A DNA stretch of 64,000 nucleotides from Parvibaculaceae bacterium (GTDB taxonomy: Bacteria > Pseudomonadota > Alphaproteobacteria > RS24 > CBDDDD01). The position numbers and the translations under genes are program-made. Below are positions 39,414-51,649 of this stretch, in pieces (the first letter of the stretch is position 1; the number at the start of each line of letters is the position of its first letter). Under the pieces are notes generated by a model, which had not been told where the DNA came from, did no database searches, and saw nothing but the letters and a program-made list of their open reading frames with translations. The stretch is taken from NCBI GenBank assembly GCA_965226465.1, contig OZ245362.1:769931-833930 (forward strand), in the 5' to 3' direction.

Positions 39414-40904
39414 ATGTTAGCTATGGTTCATGGATTTTTACAATGGTTATCGGTTATGTTTGTGACCGTGATAGGTCTTTTCAGCCTATGGATAGTGATA
39501 CTCTACATCACGGATAGGGTTCAGACCAAGCAGGCAATACGCCGAAACTATCCTGTTATCGGACGCCTACGCTACCAATTTGAAAAATTAGGCGAATATT
39601 TTCGGCAATATTTCTTTGCCATGGATAGGGAAGAGCTACCCTTTAACCGCGCCCAACGCAGCTGGGCATATCGGGCGGCAAAGGGTGTTGATACGACGAT
39701 TGCCTTTGGCTCCACACGGTCGCTTCGGATACCGGGCGAGTTTTATTTTGTGAACTGCCCCTTCCCCACCCTTGATGACCAGATGACAAAAACCGCCGCC
39801 ATCACTTTGGGCGAAGGCACAAAGCACCCCTATAAGACCGCCTCCCTATTTAACATTTCTGGCATGAGTTTCGGAGCGATAAGCAAGCCGGCGATTATAG
39901 CCCTCTCCAATGGCGCACGCATGGCGGGCTGTTGGATGAATACGGGCGAGGGCGGCTTATCCATTTATCATTTGGAGGGCGGCGCCGATATTATCTTTCA
40001 GATAGGCACGGCAAAATATGGCGTTCGCAAAAAAGACGGCTCACTGGATGACAAAAAGCTGAAAAAAATTGCCGAACACAAGCAGGTAAAAATGTTTGAG
40101 GTTAAGCTGAGCCAAGGCGCAAAGCCCGGCAAAGGCGGCATCTTGCCCGGCGGCAAAGTAACCAAAGAGATTGCCGAGACACGAGGCATAGAGATAGGCG
40201 AGGATAGCATAAGCCCCAACCGCCACCCCGAGATTGATAACATTGACGAGATATTGGATTTTGTGAACCATGTCCGCAAAGTCACAGGAAAGCCAACCGG
40301 CTTCAAAGCGGTAATAGGCGCCTATGGCTGGCTGGATAGCCTCTTCACCGAAATAAATAAAAGAGGCGTGGAATCTGCCCCCGACTTCATCACCATTGAC
40401 AGCGCCGATGGCGGCACGGGAGCCGCCCCTGCAGCATTAATGGATTATGTAGGGCTTCCCCTCTCCGAAAGCCTCCCCATGCTGGTAGATAAGGTGCATG
40501 AATATAAACTGCACCCCCGCATAAGAATTATCGCCAGCGGCAAGCTCATAACGCCGGCTGATGTTGCATGGGCATATTCAGCGGGCGCCGATTTTGTGAA
40601 CTCGGCACGAGGCTTCATGTTTGCACTTGGCTGTATTCAGGCATTGCAATGCAATAAAAACACCTGCCCCACAGGAATTACCACCCATGATAAAAGACTA
40701 CAAAGAGGGCTAAATCCCAAAAACAAGGCAGAGCGTGTCCGCAAATATGCCACAAGAATCACAGAGGAAGTAGAAGTAATCGCCCATAGTTGCGGTGCTT
40801 CAGACCCCCGCAAGCTAAGGCGTTACCATGTCCGCATTGTCACCGAAAACACCCGCTCCGTCGCCATGAGCGACATCTGGCCTGAGCTTCGGGCAAAAGG
40901 CTAA
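39414..40904 (+). CDS. FMN-binding glutamate synthase family protein (GltB domain-2-like, N-terminal TM anchor)
   Basis: 496 aa with an N-terminal TM helix and the GltS FMN-domain blocks ([54 protein letters not shown]). Confidence 0.85.
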   Translation: MLAMVHGFLQWLSVMFVTVIGLFSLWIVILYITDRVQTKQAIRRNYPVIGRLRYQFEKLGEYFRQYFFAMDREELPFNRAQRSWAYRAAKGVDTTIAFGSTRSLRIPGEFYFVNCPFPTLDDQMTKTAAITLGEGTKHPYKTASLFNISGMSFGAISKPAIIALSNGARMAGCWMNTGEGGLSIYHLEGGADIIFQIGTAKYGVRKKDGSLDDKKLKKIAEHKQVKMFEVKLSQGAKPGKGGILPGGKVTKEIAETRGIEIGEDSISPNRHPEIDNIDEILDFVNHVRKVTGKPTGFKAVIGAYGWLDSLFTEINKRGVESAPDFITIDSADGGTGAAPAALMDYVGLPLSESLPMLVDKVHEYKLHPRIRIIASGKLITPADVAWAYSAGADFVNSARGFMFALGCIQALQCNKNTCPTGITTHDKRLQRGLNPKNKAERVRKYATRITEEVEVIAHSCGASDPRKLRRYHVRIVTENTRSVAMSDIWPELRAKG

Positions 40905-41344
40905 CAGCCCTTTTTACAAATATAATGGTCAAGGGATATTTTCCCCCCACCCCTTGCGGCACAATAGAGCAAAGCGGCTGCCCAAAACAGATGAATATTC
41001 CACGCACCCGGATAAACAAATATTTGTATGGTAGCCGTCATCAAAAGTAGCACCACGGCAGAGAGCCTCGTCGCCAATCCCAAAATAAGCAGTATAGAGA
41101 ATATATGCTCAGCATAAGTCGCCATAAAAGCAGCTAAAGGTGCAGGAATAAGGGGCAGTGCATATTCGTTTTCAAATAAGACATAGGTCGTATCCGTAAT
41201 GGATAAAAACCCCTCAACCTTTGTGCGGGCAGAATAGAAAAACACCAGCGCAACCCCAATGCGCAAACTAAGCGCAATAAACCATTCGGGTATAGACTGT
41301 AATTTGGCTTGCGCCTTACAGGCATATTGTTTGAGCATATCCAT
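40901..41344 (-). CDS. DoxX family membrane protein (BufD-like)
   Basis: 147 aa with 4 TM helices in a DoxX pattern ([15 protein letters not shown]...). It is the last gene of the DUF2282 operon. Confidence 0.75.
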   Translation of the reverse strand: MDMLKQYACKAQAKLQSIPEWFIALSLRIGVALVFFYSARTKVEGFLSITDTTYVLFENEYALPLIPAPLAAFMATYAEHIFSILLILGLATRLSAVVLLLMTATIQIFVYPGAWNIHLFWAAALLYCAARGGGKISLDHYICKKGC

Positions 41345-41355
41345 AATCTTCTCCT

Positions 41356-42075
41356 TTATGATTCGGCTACAGGGATAAGGCTAGCATTTGCAAGAAGCCC
41401 TTGCAAAATTATCTCTTTCTGCTCGCTTTCCTGCAAATGAGTTTCTGCCTTTTCCAATGGCATATTTTGCGAAAGGGCATGCAGAAAATAATAGCTTTGC
41501 GGGGTAAGAATACGCATCTCCACCTCATCGTTGCTTCGCAATAAGAGGATATATTCATCGCCCTCCCCCAGCTCTATCTCATCAGGCTCCTCCTCCTGCT
41601 GATGGGCAAGCCATACGGAGCTTAGGGCAAATTTCAAATGCAAAAATTGAGCAGAGGGGTGAAAAAGAAAACGGCTACGCGGCGAATATTGCGAAGAGGC
41701 GGACATAATATCATGGTCTTTGGCATGATAACAGGCAAGCCAAGCAAGCTCAAAACGTGCCATATCAGGAAGATAGGGAAGCTGTTTTGCAGGCGGAAAC
41801 CTTTCAAGAAAGCGGTCAAAGCCCTCCCCAAACCCGATAAGGCTCGCCTTGTTAGGAGGGTGCTGGCGAATAAATATGCTCGCCATTGCCGCAAAAAACT
41901 CATCCCCCACCAACGCCTTTACCACCGGTACCGCCTCGCCCAATGCCTCAATCAGACTATGCATAACATTATTGCGATAAACCTTTATCCCCGCCTCACA
42001 AGAAGCAGGGCTTTCTTCCGCAAGCAATATCTCCGCCATTTCCTTTTGCAATTCGGAAAGCTTTTTCCCGCTCAT
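41356..42075 (-). CDS. bufC: DUF2063 domain protein (BufC-like RiPP partner protein)
   Basis: 239 aa. The N-terminus [10 protein letters not shown]...[45 protein letters not shown] is typical of DUF2063. It overlaps the DUF692 gene by 4 nt. Confidence 0.75.
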   Translation of the reverse strand: MSGKKLSELQKEMAEILLAEESPASCEAGIKVYRNNVMHSLIEALGEAVPVVKALVGDEFFAAMASIFIRQHPPNKASLIGFGEGFDRFLERFPPAKQLPYLPDMARFELAWLACYHAKDHDIMSASSQYSPRSRFLFHPSAQFLHLKFALSSVWLAHQQEEEPDEIELGEGDEYILLLRSNDEVEMRILTPQSYYFLHALSQNMPLEKAETHLQESEQKEIILQGLLANASLIPVAES

Positions 42076-42926
42076 GCCCTCACCCCCCCATTCAGGGTGT
42101 TATCCATAATGGATTGCGCCTTTTCCGCCTCCCCCAATAAAACGCTAAGGGGCGGAAAGTCCTTATCCCACTCAATCAATATCGGCAAAGCCCGCTTTGC
42201 CTGCTGCAGGGCAAAAGCAAAAAGCTGCCAAACCTCCTCACAGATAAGCGCATTATGAGTATCAATTCTAAGCTTCCCATCCACACTATGCCCCGCCAGA
42301 TGAACCTCGCCAACATGCGCCCAATCCAGCTCCTTAATATATGTTTTCGCACAAAGCCCAAGATTTTCAGAGGAGACAAAAATATTATTAACATCCACCA
42401 AAAGCCCACACCCGGTATGGCGGCAAAGCCTATTTAGAAACTCGGCTTCGCTCATCTCGCTCGGCAAAGCAAGATAGGAGGAAGGGTTCTCCACCAAAAT
42501 CTGCCGCCCAAGAAACTCCTGCACCTGGCTAATATGAGCAGAGCAAACCCCAAGCGCTTCCTCCAAAAAAGGCACAGGCAATAAATCATTAAAATACGTA
42601 CCCCCATAAGCACACCAAGCAAGATGGTCAGAAACCAAAGAGGGCTGATATTCGTCAATAAGCTGTTTCAGCGATAGGAGATGCTCCTTGCGCAAAGGCT
42701 CAGCCCCGCCCAAAGAAAGCCCAACACCATGCATGGATATGGGCATAATCTCTCTAATTTTTTTCAAGAATTTATGAGGCGGACCGCCCTCCCCCATATA
42801 ATTTTCAGGATGGATCTCCCCCCATGCGACCCCCATTTCTCCCTGACAGATTTGCGGAATATGAGGCGAGCGCAAACCAATCCCCGCTTTTGGGGGGATT
42901 GGCTCACCGCTTGCGATAACTGGCAA
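42072..42926 (-). CDS. bufB: DUF692 / MNIO (MbnB-like multinuclear non-heme iron oxidase) family protein (BufB-like)
   Basis: 284 aa with GIGLRSPH, WGEIHPENYM, SMHGVGLSLGG, VSDHLAW, NDLLPVPF, ILVENPSSY, GCGLLVDVNNIFVS and EVHLAGH, which is the DUF692 block order. Confidence 0.85.
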   Translation of the reverse strand: MPVIASGEPIPPKAGIGLRSPHIPQICQGEMGVAWGEIHPENYMGEGGPPHKFLKKIREIMPISMHGVGLSLGGAEPLRKEHLLSLKQLIDEYQPSLVSDHLAWCAYGGTYFNDLLPVPFLEEALGVCSAHISQVQEFLGRQILVENPSSYLALPSEMSEAEFLNRLCRHTGCGLLVDVNNIFVSSENLGLCAKTYIKELDWAHVGEVHLAGHSVDGKLRIDTHNALICEEVWQLFAFALQQAKRALPILIEWDKDFPPLSVLLGEAEKAQSIMDNTLNGGVRA

Positions 42927-42931
42927 GGAGA

Positions 42932-43237
42932 TTAAGGACGCTTAACGGGCTTCAGGCTACCCCGTCCATGGGGTGTTTTCATTTTTTTGCATGTTCCCTT
43001 AGGCACATATTTCCAGGCATTGCCTTGATAATCCACTTTGGACGTTCCGGCACAGCTTGTTCCGGGACCTGCGGCGCATTGGTTTTGCCCTTTAAGAGCC
43101 ACGCCATAGCATCTTTCTTTAGCGCCGCTGGATTTTTTCTTCCAGAAAAAGGCATCTGCCGACGAACTACCCATAATGGCATATGCCCCGATTGCGGCGA
43201 CAACAATGCCGGCACTTGTGAGATATGATTTCTTCAT
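42932..43237 (-). CDS. bufA: DUF2282 Cys-rich signal-peptide precursor (bufferin BufA1-like)
   Basis: 101 aa with AGGAGA 8 nt upstream. The signal peptide is [29 protein letters not shown]. The core [43 protein letters not shown] contains 4 Cys. Confidence 0.85.
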   Translation of the reverse strand: MKKSYLTSAGIVVAAIGAYAIMGSSSADAFFWKKKSSGAKERCYGVALKGQNQCAAGPGTSCAGTSKVDYQGNAWKYVPKGTCKKMKTPHGRGSLKPVKRP

Positions 43238-43330
43238 CCTGTTATTCTCCTTATCATGATTACATTTATACTATTTCCATATAAGAGCATGTTTTTTGGT
43301 TTTATGATAGGCAAAATCGCTTTTTGTTTT

Positions 43331-43347
43331 GGTCAGCAATACTGACC
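43331..43347. promoter_or_regulatory. inverted repeat GGTCAG-N5-CTGACC in the bufA/gltB divergent intergenic region
   Basis: Read directly. It is followed by TTTTT on the plus strand, but no plus-strand gene ends upstream, so an operator is more likely than a terminator. Confidence 0.35.
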
Positions 43348-43432
43348 TTTTTACTTGCAAGCGGGTATATATTCTGTCATCCTATAGCGCGTCCTGATTA
43401 AGGGCGGGGAAGTTTGGAAAAAGGATAAATGG

Positions 43433-46400
43433 GTGCCGGATAAGAGCAAACGCTATGGTTTTCTGCCCAGTGGCGGATTATATGAGCCCTCTCGCGAGCA
43501 TGATAGCTGCGGGATAGGCTTCATCGCCCATATGAAAGGCGAGAAGAGCCATAGCATTATTCAGGACGGCATAGAGATTTTGCGAAGTCTGGAGCATAGG
43601 GGAGCGGTAGGTGCCGACCCCAAAGCGGGCGATGGTGCGGGTTTACTATTACAAATGCCGGACAAGTTTTTGCGTAAGGCTTGCGACAAGCAAGGTTTTT
43701 CTCTTCCCAAAGAGGGTGAATATGGTTGCGGAATATTTTTTCTCCCCCGTGATAAAAAAGCCCTTTATGCGATTAATGAGATTATCACAAAAAGCATAAA
43801 AGATGAGGGGCATAAGCTCATTGGCTGGCGCGATGTGGCGATAGATAATAGCTCTCTTGGCGAAAGCGTCAAAGCAAGCGAGCCCTTTTCCAGCATGATA
43901 TTCATAGAAAACGGCAAAAAGGAGCTAGACCAGAACGGCTTTGAACGCTCCCTTTTTGTCATAAGGCGCGTCATAGAAAACAAGCTCGCACAAGCAGATA
44001 TTCCTTATACAGACAAATTTTTCCATATCAATTCTCTCTCCTCCCGCATCCTCCTCTATAAAGGCATGCTGCTCTCCGCCCAATTGGATAGCTATTTCTT
44101 AGACTTACAAGATAAGGATATGGTCAGTGCGCTCGCTTTGGTGCATCAGCGTTTTTCCACCAATACTTTTCCAAGCTGGAAGCTGGCACAACCCTTCCGC
44201 ATGATTTGCCATAATGGCGAGATAAACACCTTACGGGGCAATATTAACTGGATGGCAGCCCGCCATGCGACCCTAAAATCCCCCCTTTTTGGCGAAGATA
44301 TAGAAAAACTATGGCCCCTCATCCAAGAAGGTCAATCCGATAGCGCCTGCTTTGACAATGCCCTGGAGCTCCTTGTGCAAGGCGGCTATCCGCTAGCCCA
44401 TGCGATGATGTTATTAATCCCAGAGGCATGGGAGGACAACCCGATAATGAGCAAGGAGCTTATCGCTTTTTATGAGCACCATGCCGCATTAATGGAGCCA
44501 TGGGACGGACCAGCAGCCATCGCCTTTACCAATGGCAGGCAGATAGGAGCGACACTGGATAGAAACGGCTTGCGCCCCGCCCGCTACTACATCACCAAAG
44601 AGGATAAGATTATTCTGGCAAGCGAGGCAGGCACCCTTCCCGTCAAGGAGGAAGATGTCATCCATAAATGGCGCCTCCAACCCGGCAAAATGCTATTAAT
44701 TGACCTAGAGCAAGGACGCCTCATTCAGGATAAGGAGATAAAAGCCGAGCTTTCCAAAGCCCGCCCCTATCGCCAATGGCTGGAAAAAGGACAAATACGG
44801 GTGCTAGACCTCCCCGAAGTAGAACACGAACCCCATATTTCCTCCGCCAGCCTATTGGACCGACAGCAAGCCTTTGGCTATAGCGAGGAGGACATTAAAT
44901 TCCTACTAAGCCCCATGGCGGAAAACGGCGAAGAGGCAACCGGCTCAATGGGCACCGACACCCCGCTCCCCGCCCTATCCGATAAGGGAAAACTCTTATA
45001 TTACTATTTCAAACAAAACTTCGCACAAGTAACCAACCCCCCCATAGACCCGATAAGGGAGGAGCTGGTAATGTCGCTAGTATCCCTCATCGGACCCCGC
45101 CCCAATCTGCTGGATAGAGAACACGGACCCGACCTAAAACGCCTTGAGCTAACCCAACCCATCATCACCCCTCGCGGCATTGAAAAAATCCGCAATATCG
45201 GACAACGCAAAGACACCCATTTTGACACCGAAACTCTGGACAGCACATGGGACGCCCAAAGCGGTTTCAAAGGCTTAATAAGCCGCATGGAAGCCCTATA
45301 TCAGCAGTCAGAAAAAGCCATTGCCAATGGCAAGAATATTCTCATCATTTCCGACCGTGCCCTATGCAAAGAGCGCATTGCCATCCCCGCCCTTCTCGCA
45401 ACAGCAGGGCTACACCACCACTTAATCAGAAAGGGGCTGCGCACCTCCGTAGGGCTTGTCGTAGAAACAGGCGAGGCAAGAGAGGTGCACCACATAGCCT
45501 GCCTTGCCGGCTATGGAGCGGAGGGGATTAACCCCTATCTCGCCTTTGAAACCCTGAGCCAATATTACGACCCTTTGGAGTCCGAGAAAAACTATATCAA
45601 AGCCGTCGGCAAGGGCTTGCGCAAAGTCATGTCAAAAATGGGCATCAGCACCTATCAATCCTATTGCGGGGCGCAAATATTTGACGCCGTCGGCTTGAAG
45701 CAAAGCTTTATTGACCAATATTTCACAGGCACCCACAGCAAGATAGAGGGCGTAGGGCTGGAGGAAATTGCCCACGAGACCATAGCCCGCCACAAGCGCG
45801 CCTTTGGCGATGATGAAGTTTTGCGCGAGGCGCTGCCCATTGGCGGCGAATATGCCTATCGGATACGAGGCGAGCAACACGCATGGAATAGCGACACCGT
45901 GCGCAATTTACAGCACAGCGTGAGGAGCAATAGCCAAGAAGATTATGATAATTTTTCAACAGCGATTAATAAACAAGACGAATCCCTATTGACCTTACGC
46001 GGATTATTCCGCCTCAAAAAAGCAAAAAAGCCAATTGACCTCGCAAAAGTTGAAAAAGCAGAGGAGATTGTAAAACGTTTCTCAACAGGTGCCATGAGCT
46101 TTGGCTCCATCAGCAGAGAAGCCCACACAACACTGGCAATAGCGATGAACAGGATAGGCGGGCGCTCCAATACGGGCGAGGGCGGCGAGCAATCCGACCG
46201 CTTCCGCCCCCTTGCCAATGGCGACAGCATGCGCTCTTCCATTAAGCAGATTGCCTCTGGACGCTTTGGGGTAACGGCAGAATATTTAGTCAATTCGGAT
46301 ATGATACAGATTAAAATGGCACAAGGTGCCAAGCCCGGCGAGGGCGGACAATTACCCGGTCACAAAGTAGATGAGACCATCGCCAAAACCCGCCATTCCA

Positions 46401-48019
46401 CACCAGGTGTTGGGCTAATATCCCCGCCCCCCCATCATGATATTTACTCCATTGAGGATTTAGCCCAGCTTATTTTTGACCTTAAAAACGTCCAACCCGA
46501 AGCGGCAATAAGCGTGAAGCTGGTATCGGAAATAGGCGTTGGCACGGTGGCGGCAGGCGTTGCCAAAGCCAGAGCCGACCATGTGACCATTTCGGGCTTT
46601 GAGGGCGGCACGGGAGCAAGCCCGCTCACCTCCATCAAACATGCAGGCTCCCCATGGGAGATAGGGCTTGCCGAAACCCACCAAACTTTGGTGCTAAACA
46701 AGCTCAGAACAAGAATAAGAGTGCAGGTGGACGGCGGCTTACGAACAGGGCGCGATGTCATTATCGGTGCGCTTTTGGGCGCCGATGAGTTTGGTTTTGC
46801 CACCGCCCCCCTCATCGCCACAGGCTGCATCATGATGAGAAAATGCCATTTAAACACCTGCCCTGTCGGCATTGCCACCCAGAACGAGGTTTTACGAAAG
46901 CGTTTCACAGGCACGCCTGAGCATGTGATAAATTATTTCTTTTTTGTCGCCGAAGAAACCCGAAAAATTATGGCGGAGCTTGGCATAGCCCGCTTTGATG
47001 ATTTAATCGGGCAGAGCAATTTGCTGGATACAAAAAAAGCCATAGACCACGCCAAAGCTTCTGGCTTAGATTTCAGCAAGCTTTTTGAAAAAATGGACAG
47101 CAAAGGCGAGCCCTCCCATCAATGCAAAGCACAGGAGCACCCCATTTTTGATATTCTGGATAGGGTGCTTATCAAAGCCGCAAAACCCGCTCTGGAAAAG
47201 AAAAAAGCCGTAACCATAGAGAGTAAAATAAACAATCAAAACCGAAGCACAGGCACCATGCTATCAGGCGAGCTTGCCAAGCGTCACGGTCATGAAGGCT
47301 TGTCGGAGGATATGATAAGCGTGCGCTTTGAAGGAACAGCAGGGCAAAGCTTTGGCGCCTTTCTAGCAAAAGGCATAAGTTTCATGCTGGAGGGCGAGGC
47401 AAATGATTATGTCGGCAAAGGTCTATCGGGGGGAAGAATTTCCGTCACCCCCCCAAAAAACAGCCAGCTCATTCCGGAGGAAAATATCATTATCGGCAAT
47501 ACGGTTTTATATGGGGCGGTATCGGGCGAGTGCTATTTCAGAGGCATTGCGGGCGAGCGTTTTGCGGTCAGAAATTCGGGCGCAATAGCCGTGATAGAGG
47601 GAACAGGCGACCATTGCTGCGAATATATGACAGGCGGCATTATTGCCGTATTGGGGCGCACAGGGCGCAATTTCGCCGCTGGCATGTCGGGCGGCATTGC
47701 CTATGTTTTTGACGAGGATGGCGGTTTTACCAAAAAATGCAATCAAAGCATGGTGCGCCTATTGGAGATAAAGCATGATATGGGCAACCACCTCACCCGC
47801 CTTGATGAGCATATGAACCAATATGATAGCGAGCGCCTATATAAGCTTATTGAGCGACATAATCATTATACGAACTCTGCACGCGGCAAAGCGATTTTGG
47901 AAGATTGGGAAAATAATTTGAAAAAGTTTATCAAAGTCATGCCCAAAGAATATGAGCGCGTTTTGGAGCAGGATATGAAAAAGAAACCCCTCTCCCAAGC
48001 CCAAGAAGCAAGGGGGTAG
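43433..48019 (+). CDS. gltB: glutamate synthase large subunit
   Basis: 1528 aa with a GTG start. It has an N-terminal amidotransferase domain ([10 protein letters not shown]), an FMN domain ([16 protein letters not shown]) and a C-terminal GXGXG domain. Confidence 0.95.
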   Translation: MPDKSKRYGFLPSGGLYEPSREHDSCGIGFIAHMKGEKSHSIIQDGIEILRSLEHRGAVGADPKAGDGAGLLLQMPDKFLRKACDKQGFSLPKEGEYGCGIFFLPRDKKALYAINEIITKSIKDEGHKLIGWRDVAIDNSSLGESVKASEPFSSMIFIENGKKELDQNGFERSLFVIRRVIENKLAQADIPYTDKFFHINSLSSRILLYKGMLLSAQLDSYFLDLQDKDMVSALALVHQRFSTNTFPSWKLAQPFRMICHNGEINTLRGNINWMAARHATLKSPLFGEDIEKLWPLIQEGQSDSACFDNALELLVQGGYPLAHAMMLLIPEAWEDNPIMSKELIAFYEHHAALMEPWDGPAAIAFTNGRQIGATLDRNGLRPARYYITKEDKIILASEAGTLPVKEEDVIHKWRLQPGKMLLIDLEQGRLIQDKEIKAELSKARPYRQWLEKGQIRVLDLPEVEHEPHISSASLLDRQQAFGYSEEDIKFLLSPMAENGEEATGSMGTDTPLPALSDKGKLLYYYFKQNFAQVTNPPIDPIREELVMSLVSLIGPRPNLLDREHGPDLKRLELTQPIITPRGIEKIRNIGQRKDTHFDTETLDSTWDAQSGFKGLISRMEALYQQSEKAIANGKNILIISDRALCKERIAIPALLATAGLHHHLIRKGLRTSVGLVVETGEAREVHHIACLAGYGAEGINPYLAFETLSQYYDPLESEKNYIKAVGKGLRKVMSKMGISTYQSYCGAQIFDAVGLKQSFIDQYFTGTHSKIEGVGLEEIAHETIARHKRAFGDDEVLREALPIGGEYAYRIRGEQHAWNSDTVRNLQHSVRSNSQEDYDNFSTAINKQDESLLTLRGLFRLKKAKKPIDLAKVEKAEEIVKRFSTGAMSFGSISREAHTTLAIAMNRIGGRSNTGEGGEQSDRFRPLANGDSMRSSIKQIASGRFGVTAEYLVNSDMIQIKMAQGAKPGEGGQLPGHKVDETIAKTRHSTPGVGLISPPPHHDIYSIEDLAQLIFDLKNVQPEAAISVKLVSEIGVGTVAAGVAKARADHVTISGFEGGTGASPLTSIKHAGSPWEIGLAETHQTLVLNKLRTRIRVQVDGGLRTGRDVIIGALLGADEFGFATAPLIATGCIMMRKCHLNTCPVGIATQNEVLRKRFTGTPEHVINYFFFVAEETRKIMAELGIARFDDLIGQSNLLDTKKAIDHAKASGLDFSKLFEKMDSKGEPSHQCKAQEHPIFDILDRVLIKAAKPALEKKKAVTIESKINNQNRSTGTMLSGELAKRHGHEGLSEDMISVRFEGTAGQSFGAFLAKGISFMLEGEANDYVGKGLSGGRISVTPPKNSQLIPEENIIIGNTVLYGAVSGECYFRGIAGERFAVRNSGAIAVIEGTGDHCCEYMTGGIIAVLGRTGRNFAAGMSGGIAYVFDEDGGFTKKCNQSMVRLLEIKHDMGNHLTRLDEHMNQYDSERLYKLIERHNHYTNSARGKAILEDWENNLKKFIKVMPKEYERVLEQDMKKKPLSQAQEARG

Positions 48020-49440
48020 TGATGGGAAAGATAACAGGATTTCTAGAAAAAGACCGCAAGGAAAGAAAATATTTACCCATAGAAAAGCGGGTCAAAAACC
48101 ACAAGGAGTTTATACTCCCCTTGACCGACAAGGACATCAACGCCCAAGCCGCCCGCTGCATGGATTGCGGCATCCCCTATTGCCATAATGGCTGCCCCGT
48201 CAATAACCAGATACCAGATTGGAACGATCTCGTATATAAAAATGACTGGCAAGAAGCCTCCCGCAATTTACACTCCACCAATAATTTCCCCGAATTTACA
48301 GGGCGCATTTGCCCCGCCCCCTGCGAGGCAAGCTGCACCCTAAACCTGATTGACAGCCCCGTCACCATTAAGACCATTGAATGTGCGATTGTAGATAGAG
48401 CCTGGCAGGAAGGCTGGATTACCCCCCAAATCACAAGTAAAAAAACAGGAAAACGCATTGCCATTATCGGTGCCGGTCCCGCAGGTCTTGCCGCCGCCCA
48501 GCAATTAGCGCGTGCTGGTCACGAGGTGCATGTCTATGAAAAAAACGCCAAAGCAGGCGGTCTATTGCGCTATGGCATACCCGATTTCAAAATGGAAAAA
48601 CAGCTCATAGATAAACGCATTGAACAGATGGAGCAGGAAGGCGTTATTTTTCATTATACGCACCATATTGGCGTCAATTGCAAAACAAGCGACATCATAA
48701 AAGACAAACATGCGGTTTTGCTAACAGGCGGGGCGGAGCACCCGCGCGATTTACCGATAAAAGGCAGGGAGCTGGACGGCGTGCATTTTGCGATGGACTT
48801 CCTCACCCAGCAAAACAGGCGCAATAGCAAAGAGGCAGTTGGGACGAGTGCAGAGATTTTGGCAAAAGGAAAACATGTAGTCGTGATAGGCGGCGGCGAC
48901 ACAGGCTCAGACTGCATCGGCACCTCAAACCGGCAAGGAGCAGCCTCCGTCACCCAATTAGAGATTATGCCCATGCCCCCCGAAAAGGAAAACAAGGCGC
49001 TCACCTGGCCCGACTGGCCGCTAAAGCTTCGCACCTCCTCCAGTCAGGAAGAAGGCGCAAAGCGTGATTTTTCGGTAATGACCAAACGCTTTCTTGGCGA
49101 AAACGGAAAACTTACGGGTCTGGAATGCATAAAGCTCAATGAAAAAATGGAGGAGATAGCCAACAGCAATTTCACCATAAAAGCCGAGCTAGCTCTATTG
49201 GCAATGGGCTTCACCCACCCCGTGCATGAAGGGCTATTAAAAGACTTAAAGCTCACCCTCACCGATAGAGGCAATATAGATGCCAATGTCAAAGATTACC
49301 AAAGCTCGCAGAAAAAAATATTTGCGGCGGGCGATATAAGAAGAGGGCAAAGCCTGGTCGTCTGGGCGATAAGGGAAGGCAGACAAGCCGCCCACTCTAT
49401 AGATAAATGGCTCACGGGCAGTAGCAATCTCTCCGCCTAA
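48019..49440 (+). CDS. gltD: glutamate synthase small subunit
   Basis: 473 aa with Fe-S Cys clusters ([19 protein letters not shown]) and the FAD/NAD Rossmann motif ([14 protein letters not shown]). The start overlaps the gltB stop. Confidence 0.95.
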   Translation: MMGKITGFLEKDRKERKYLPIEKRVKNHKEFILPLTDKDINAQAARCMDCGIPYCHNGCPVNNQIPDWNDLVYKNDWQEASRNLHSTNNFPEFTGRICPAPCEASCTLNLIDSPVTIKTIECAIVDRAWQEGWITPQITSKKTGKRIAIIGAGPAGLAAAQQLARAGHEVHVYEKNAKAGGLLRYGIPDFKMEKQLIDKRIEQMEQEGVIFHYTHHIGVNCKTSDIIKDKHAVLLTGGAEHPRDLPIKGRELDGVHFAMDFLTQQNRRNSKEAVGTSAEILAKGKHVVVIGGGDTGSDCIGTSNRQGAASVTQLEIMPMPPEKENKALTWPDWPLKLRTSSSQEEGAKRDFSVMTKRFLGENGKLTGLECIKLNEKMEEIANSNFTIKAELALLAMGFTHPVHEGLLKDLKLTLTDRGNIDANVKDYQSSQKKIFAAGDIRRGQSLVVWAIREGRQAAHSIDKWLTGSSNLSA

Positions 49441-50621
49441 CGCCCCCTCAAATGCGCCAATAAAGCTTTATCAATATATCCGTCCGCAATAAGCCCTTTG
49501 GCTTTTTGATATTTTCGCACAGCGGCAAGCGTTGCAGGACCAATACGCCCATCCACACCTTTGGTATCAAACCCCTTTTTGGTAAGCAGGCTTTGCAACT
49601 CCTCCACTTCCTGCAAGCGCAATGTCGCCGCTTCGCTATCTGGCCAATCCGTAGAAAAATGAGGACCGCCCCCCAACACCGAAGCAAGCTGCCCTACCCC
49701 AATGCCATAAGCATGGGAATGATTATAGCGCAAAATGGCACGAAAGTTTTCACCAAGCAAAAACACAGGACCCCTCAACCCGGCAGGCAGATATAAATAT
49801 GCCCGCCCGATATTTTCAAGACTGCCAATAGGAGCAACCCCAAGCCTTTCCCACTCCGCAAGCGGCTTTTTAATAGAGGTTGAAATAAAAGAGAGGTCAA
49901 AATCCTTTGGCAGCACGACCTCACCGCCCCAGCCCTTGCCCGCCTTCCAGCCCGATTTTTTGAGATAATAGGCGGCTGACGCCAACGCATCCGCCTTGCT
50001 TTGCCAAATATTCCGCCGCCCATCGCCATCATAATCCACCCCATACATCAGATAGGTAGTCGGAATAAATTGCGTATGCCCCATAGCACCCGCCCATGAG
50101 CCACGCATATCAGCAAGGCTCACATCGCCGCTCTCAATAATTTTCAAAGCGGCGATAAGCTGCTGCTCGGCAAAGTTCTGCCGCTTCCCCTCAAAAGCAA
50201 GCGTTGCCAGAGAGCGGATAATATTCATATCCCCCAAATAGGTCCCATAATTGGTTTCCAACCCCCAAATTGCGACCAATATATGCTTATCCACGCCATA
50301 TTTTTCCTGAAGCTCAACAAGCAGAGCCTGCTCCTCATCCAAGCGGCTTTTACCATTTTTCACCCGCAAAGGAGAGATAGCCGTTTCAAGATATTTCCAA
50401 ATCGGCTTTACAAATTCGGGCTGAAAAACCGCAAGGCGCAACACCTCTTTATCGGGTATCATATTGGGCGGCAGAGCCTCAGCAAGAATGGCGGGCGACA
50501 CCCCCTCCTCCACAGCACGCTCAACAAACCCGTTTCGCCATTCCGCAAATTGTCGAGCAGGCGAGAGCGCACAAGCCGAAAGCAGCAACATAAGGGACAG
50601 CAAAAGAGCAGTTTTTTTCAT
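49437..50621 (-). CDS. lytic murein transglycosylase (MltB-like) with C-terminal peptidoglycan-binding domain
   Basis: 394 aa with a lipoprotein-like signal (LLLSAC), the SLT_2 catalytic region (IWGLETNYG..., [13 protein letters not shown]) and a C-terminal PG_binding_1 domain ([31 protein letters not shown]). Confidence 0.9.
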   Translation of the reverse strand: MKKTALLLSLMLLLSACALSPARQFAEWRNGFVERAVEEGVSPAILAEALPPNMIPDKEVLRLAVFQPEFVKPIWKYLETAISPLRVKNGKSRLDEEQALLVELQEKYGVDKHILVAIWGLETNYGTYLGDMNIIRSLATLAFEGKRQNFAEQQLIAALKIIESGDVSLADMRGSWAGAMGHTQFIPTTYLMYGVDYDGDGRRNIWQSKADALASAAYYLKKSGWKAGKGWGGEVVLPKDFDLSFISTSIKKPLAEWERLGVAPIGSLENIGRAYLYLPAGLRGPVFLLGENFRAILRYNHSHAYGIGVGQLASVLGGGPHFSTDWPDSEAATLRLQEVEELQSLLTKKGFDTKGVDGRIGPATLAAVRKYQKAKGLIADGYIDKALLAHLRGR

Positions 50622-51649
50622 GAAGATTCCTTAGATGACTGACAATATAGCGTCCATAAATGATAGAGGCTAGAGGCGGGAGCATATTTTGTCAGATTAT
50701 CCCCATGAAGCCCATAGCAATCCTGCCAAAGCCCGACAGTTTCGGTATTGAGATAGAAACGAAAAAAACTTTCCCAAATCATTTCCCTTCCCGCCTTAGG
50801 ATAAAGGCTGAGAGAGCGAAGCATTTCCGTCTGCATCCATAAGCGATGATGCTTCGGGCGCTGGAAGGTTTCCAAAGCAAACCCCCCTTCCGCAATCCTC
50901 CCCTTCTCCCAAGCCCTATCAAATAATTCCTTAGCCGGTGCAGAAGACCCCTCACAAAGCCCCGCATATTCATGCAATAGCCAAACCCACTCAAAAGAAT
51001 GACCAGGCTCCTCCTTGCCACTATCAGGCTCCCAGCCTTGACCAAAAACCTCACACACCATGCCGTCTAGATAAAAATGCTTATGAAAAAGGCTCATCAT
51101 CTTCTCGGCATGAGCAAGAAAAACCTCCTCCCCACTTACCCGATATAACGCCATAAACGCCTCCAATAAATGCATATGCGGATTTTGCAAACGCTGCTGA
51201 GCGGGCACCGACAAGCTTTCCCTATACCCGCCCTCTTCTTCCGCCATATATTGATTGAGAAAGGATAACAACGCTTTGGCATTGGGCAACGCCGTTTCCT
51301 CACCCATTTCATGCATAGCCGAAAACGCAAGCAGACAAAACGCCTGGTCATAAAGCATGATATTATCATCAAGCACCTCCCCCTCAGGCGAAAGCCTGCA
51401 AGGATACCCCCCCTTCAAAGCAAGCGGCAGAAGAGCCGCATATAATTTTTCAGCACTTTCCGTTTTTTTAGCAGCAGCAAATACATAGCATTGCCGAGCA
51501 TGGCTCCGCATCCGCAAATAGCCAAGTCTAGCATTTTCACCATTACGAGAAAGCCCCTCCACCGCCAAGCCCGTCTTCGGACAAATCCCCTTTTCCTGCC
51601 AAAGCGGAAGCGCAGATTTCTCCATCCATTCCAGGAACTTAGTCTTCAT
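50618..51649 (-). CDS. AGE-family epimerase/isomerase (N-acylglucosamine 2-epimerase / mannose-6-phosphate isomerase-like)
   Basis: 343 aa from ATG 51649 with (alpha/alpha)6-barrel-type repeats (LYDQAFCLLAF, NPHMHLLEAF, GHSFEWVWLL). It lies directly downstream of manC. Confidence 0.75.
   Translation of the reverse strand: MKTKFLEWMEKSALPLWQEKGICPKTGLAVEGLSRNGENARLGYLRMRSHARQCYVFAAAKKTESAEKLYAALLPLALKGGYPCRLSPEGEVLDDNIMLYDQAFCLLAFSAMHEMGEETALPNAKALLSFLNQYMAEEEGGYRESLSVPAQQRLQNPHMHLLEAFMALYRVSGEEVFLAHAEKMMSLFHKHFYLDGMVCEVFGQGWEPDSGKEEPGHSFEWVWLLHEYAGLCEGSSAPAKELFDRAWEKGRIAEGGFALETFQRPKHHRLWMQTEMLRSLSLYPKAGREMIWESFFRFYLNTETVGLWQDCYGLHGDNLTKYAPASSLYHLWTLYCQSSKESS

Noticed and set aside
41638-42258. 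206-aa plus-strand ORF across the bufC/bufB junction
   Set aside because: It is antisense to two recognisable family proteins (DUF2063 and DUF692) and has no features of its own.
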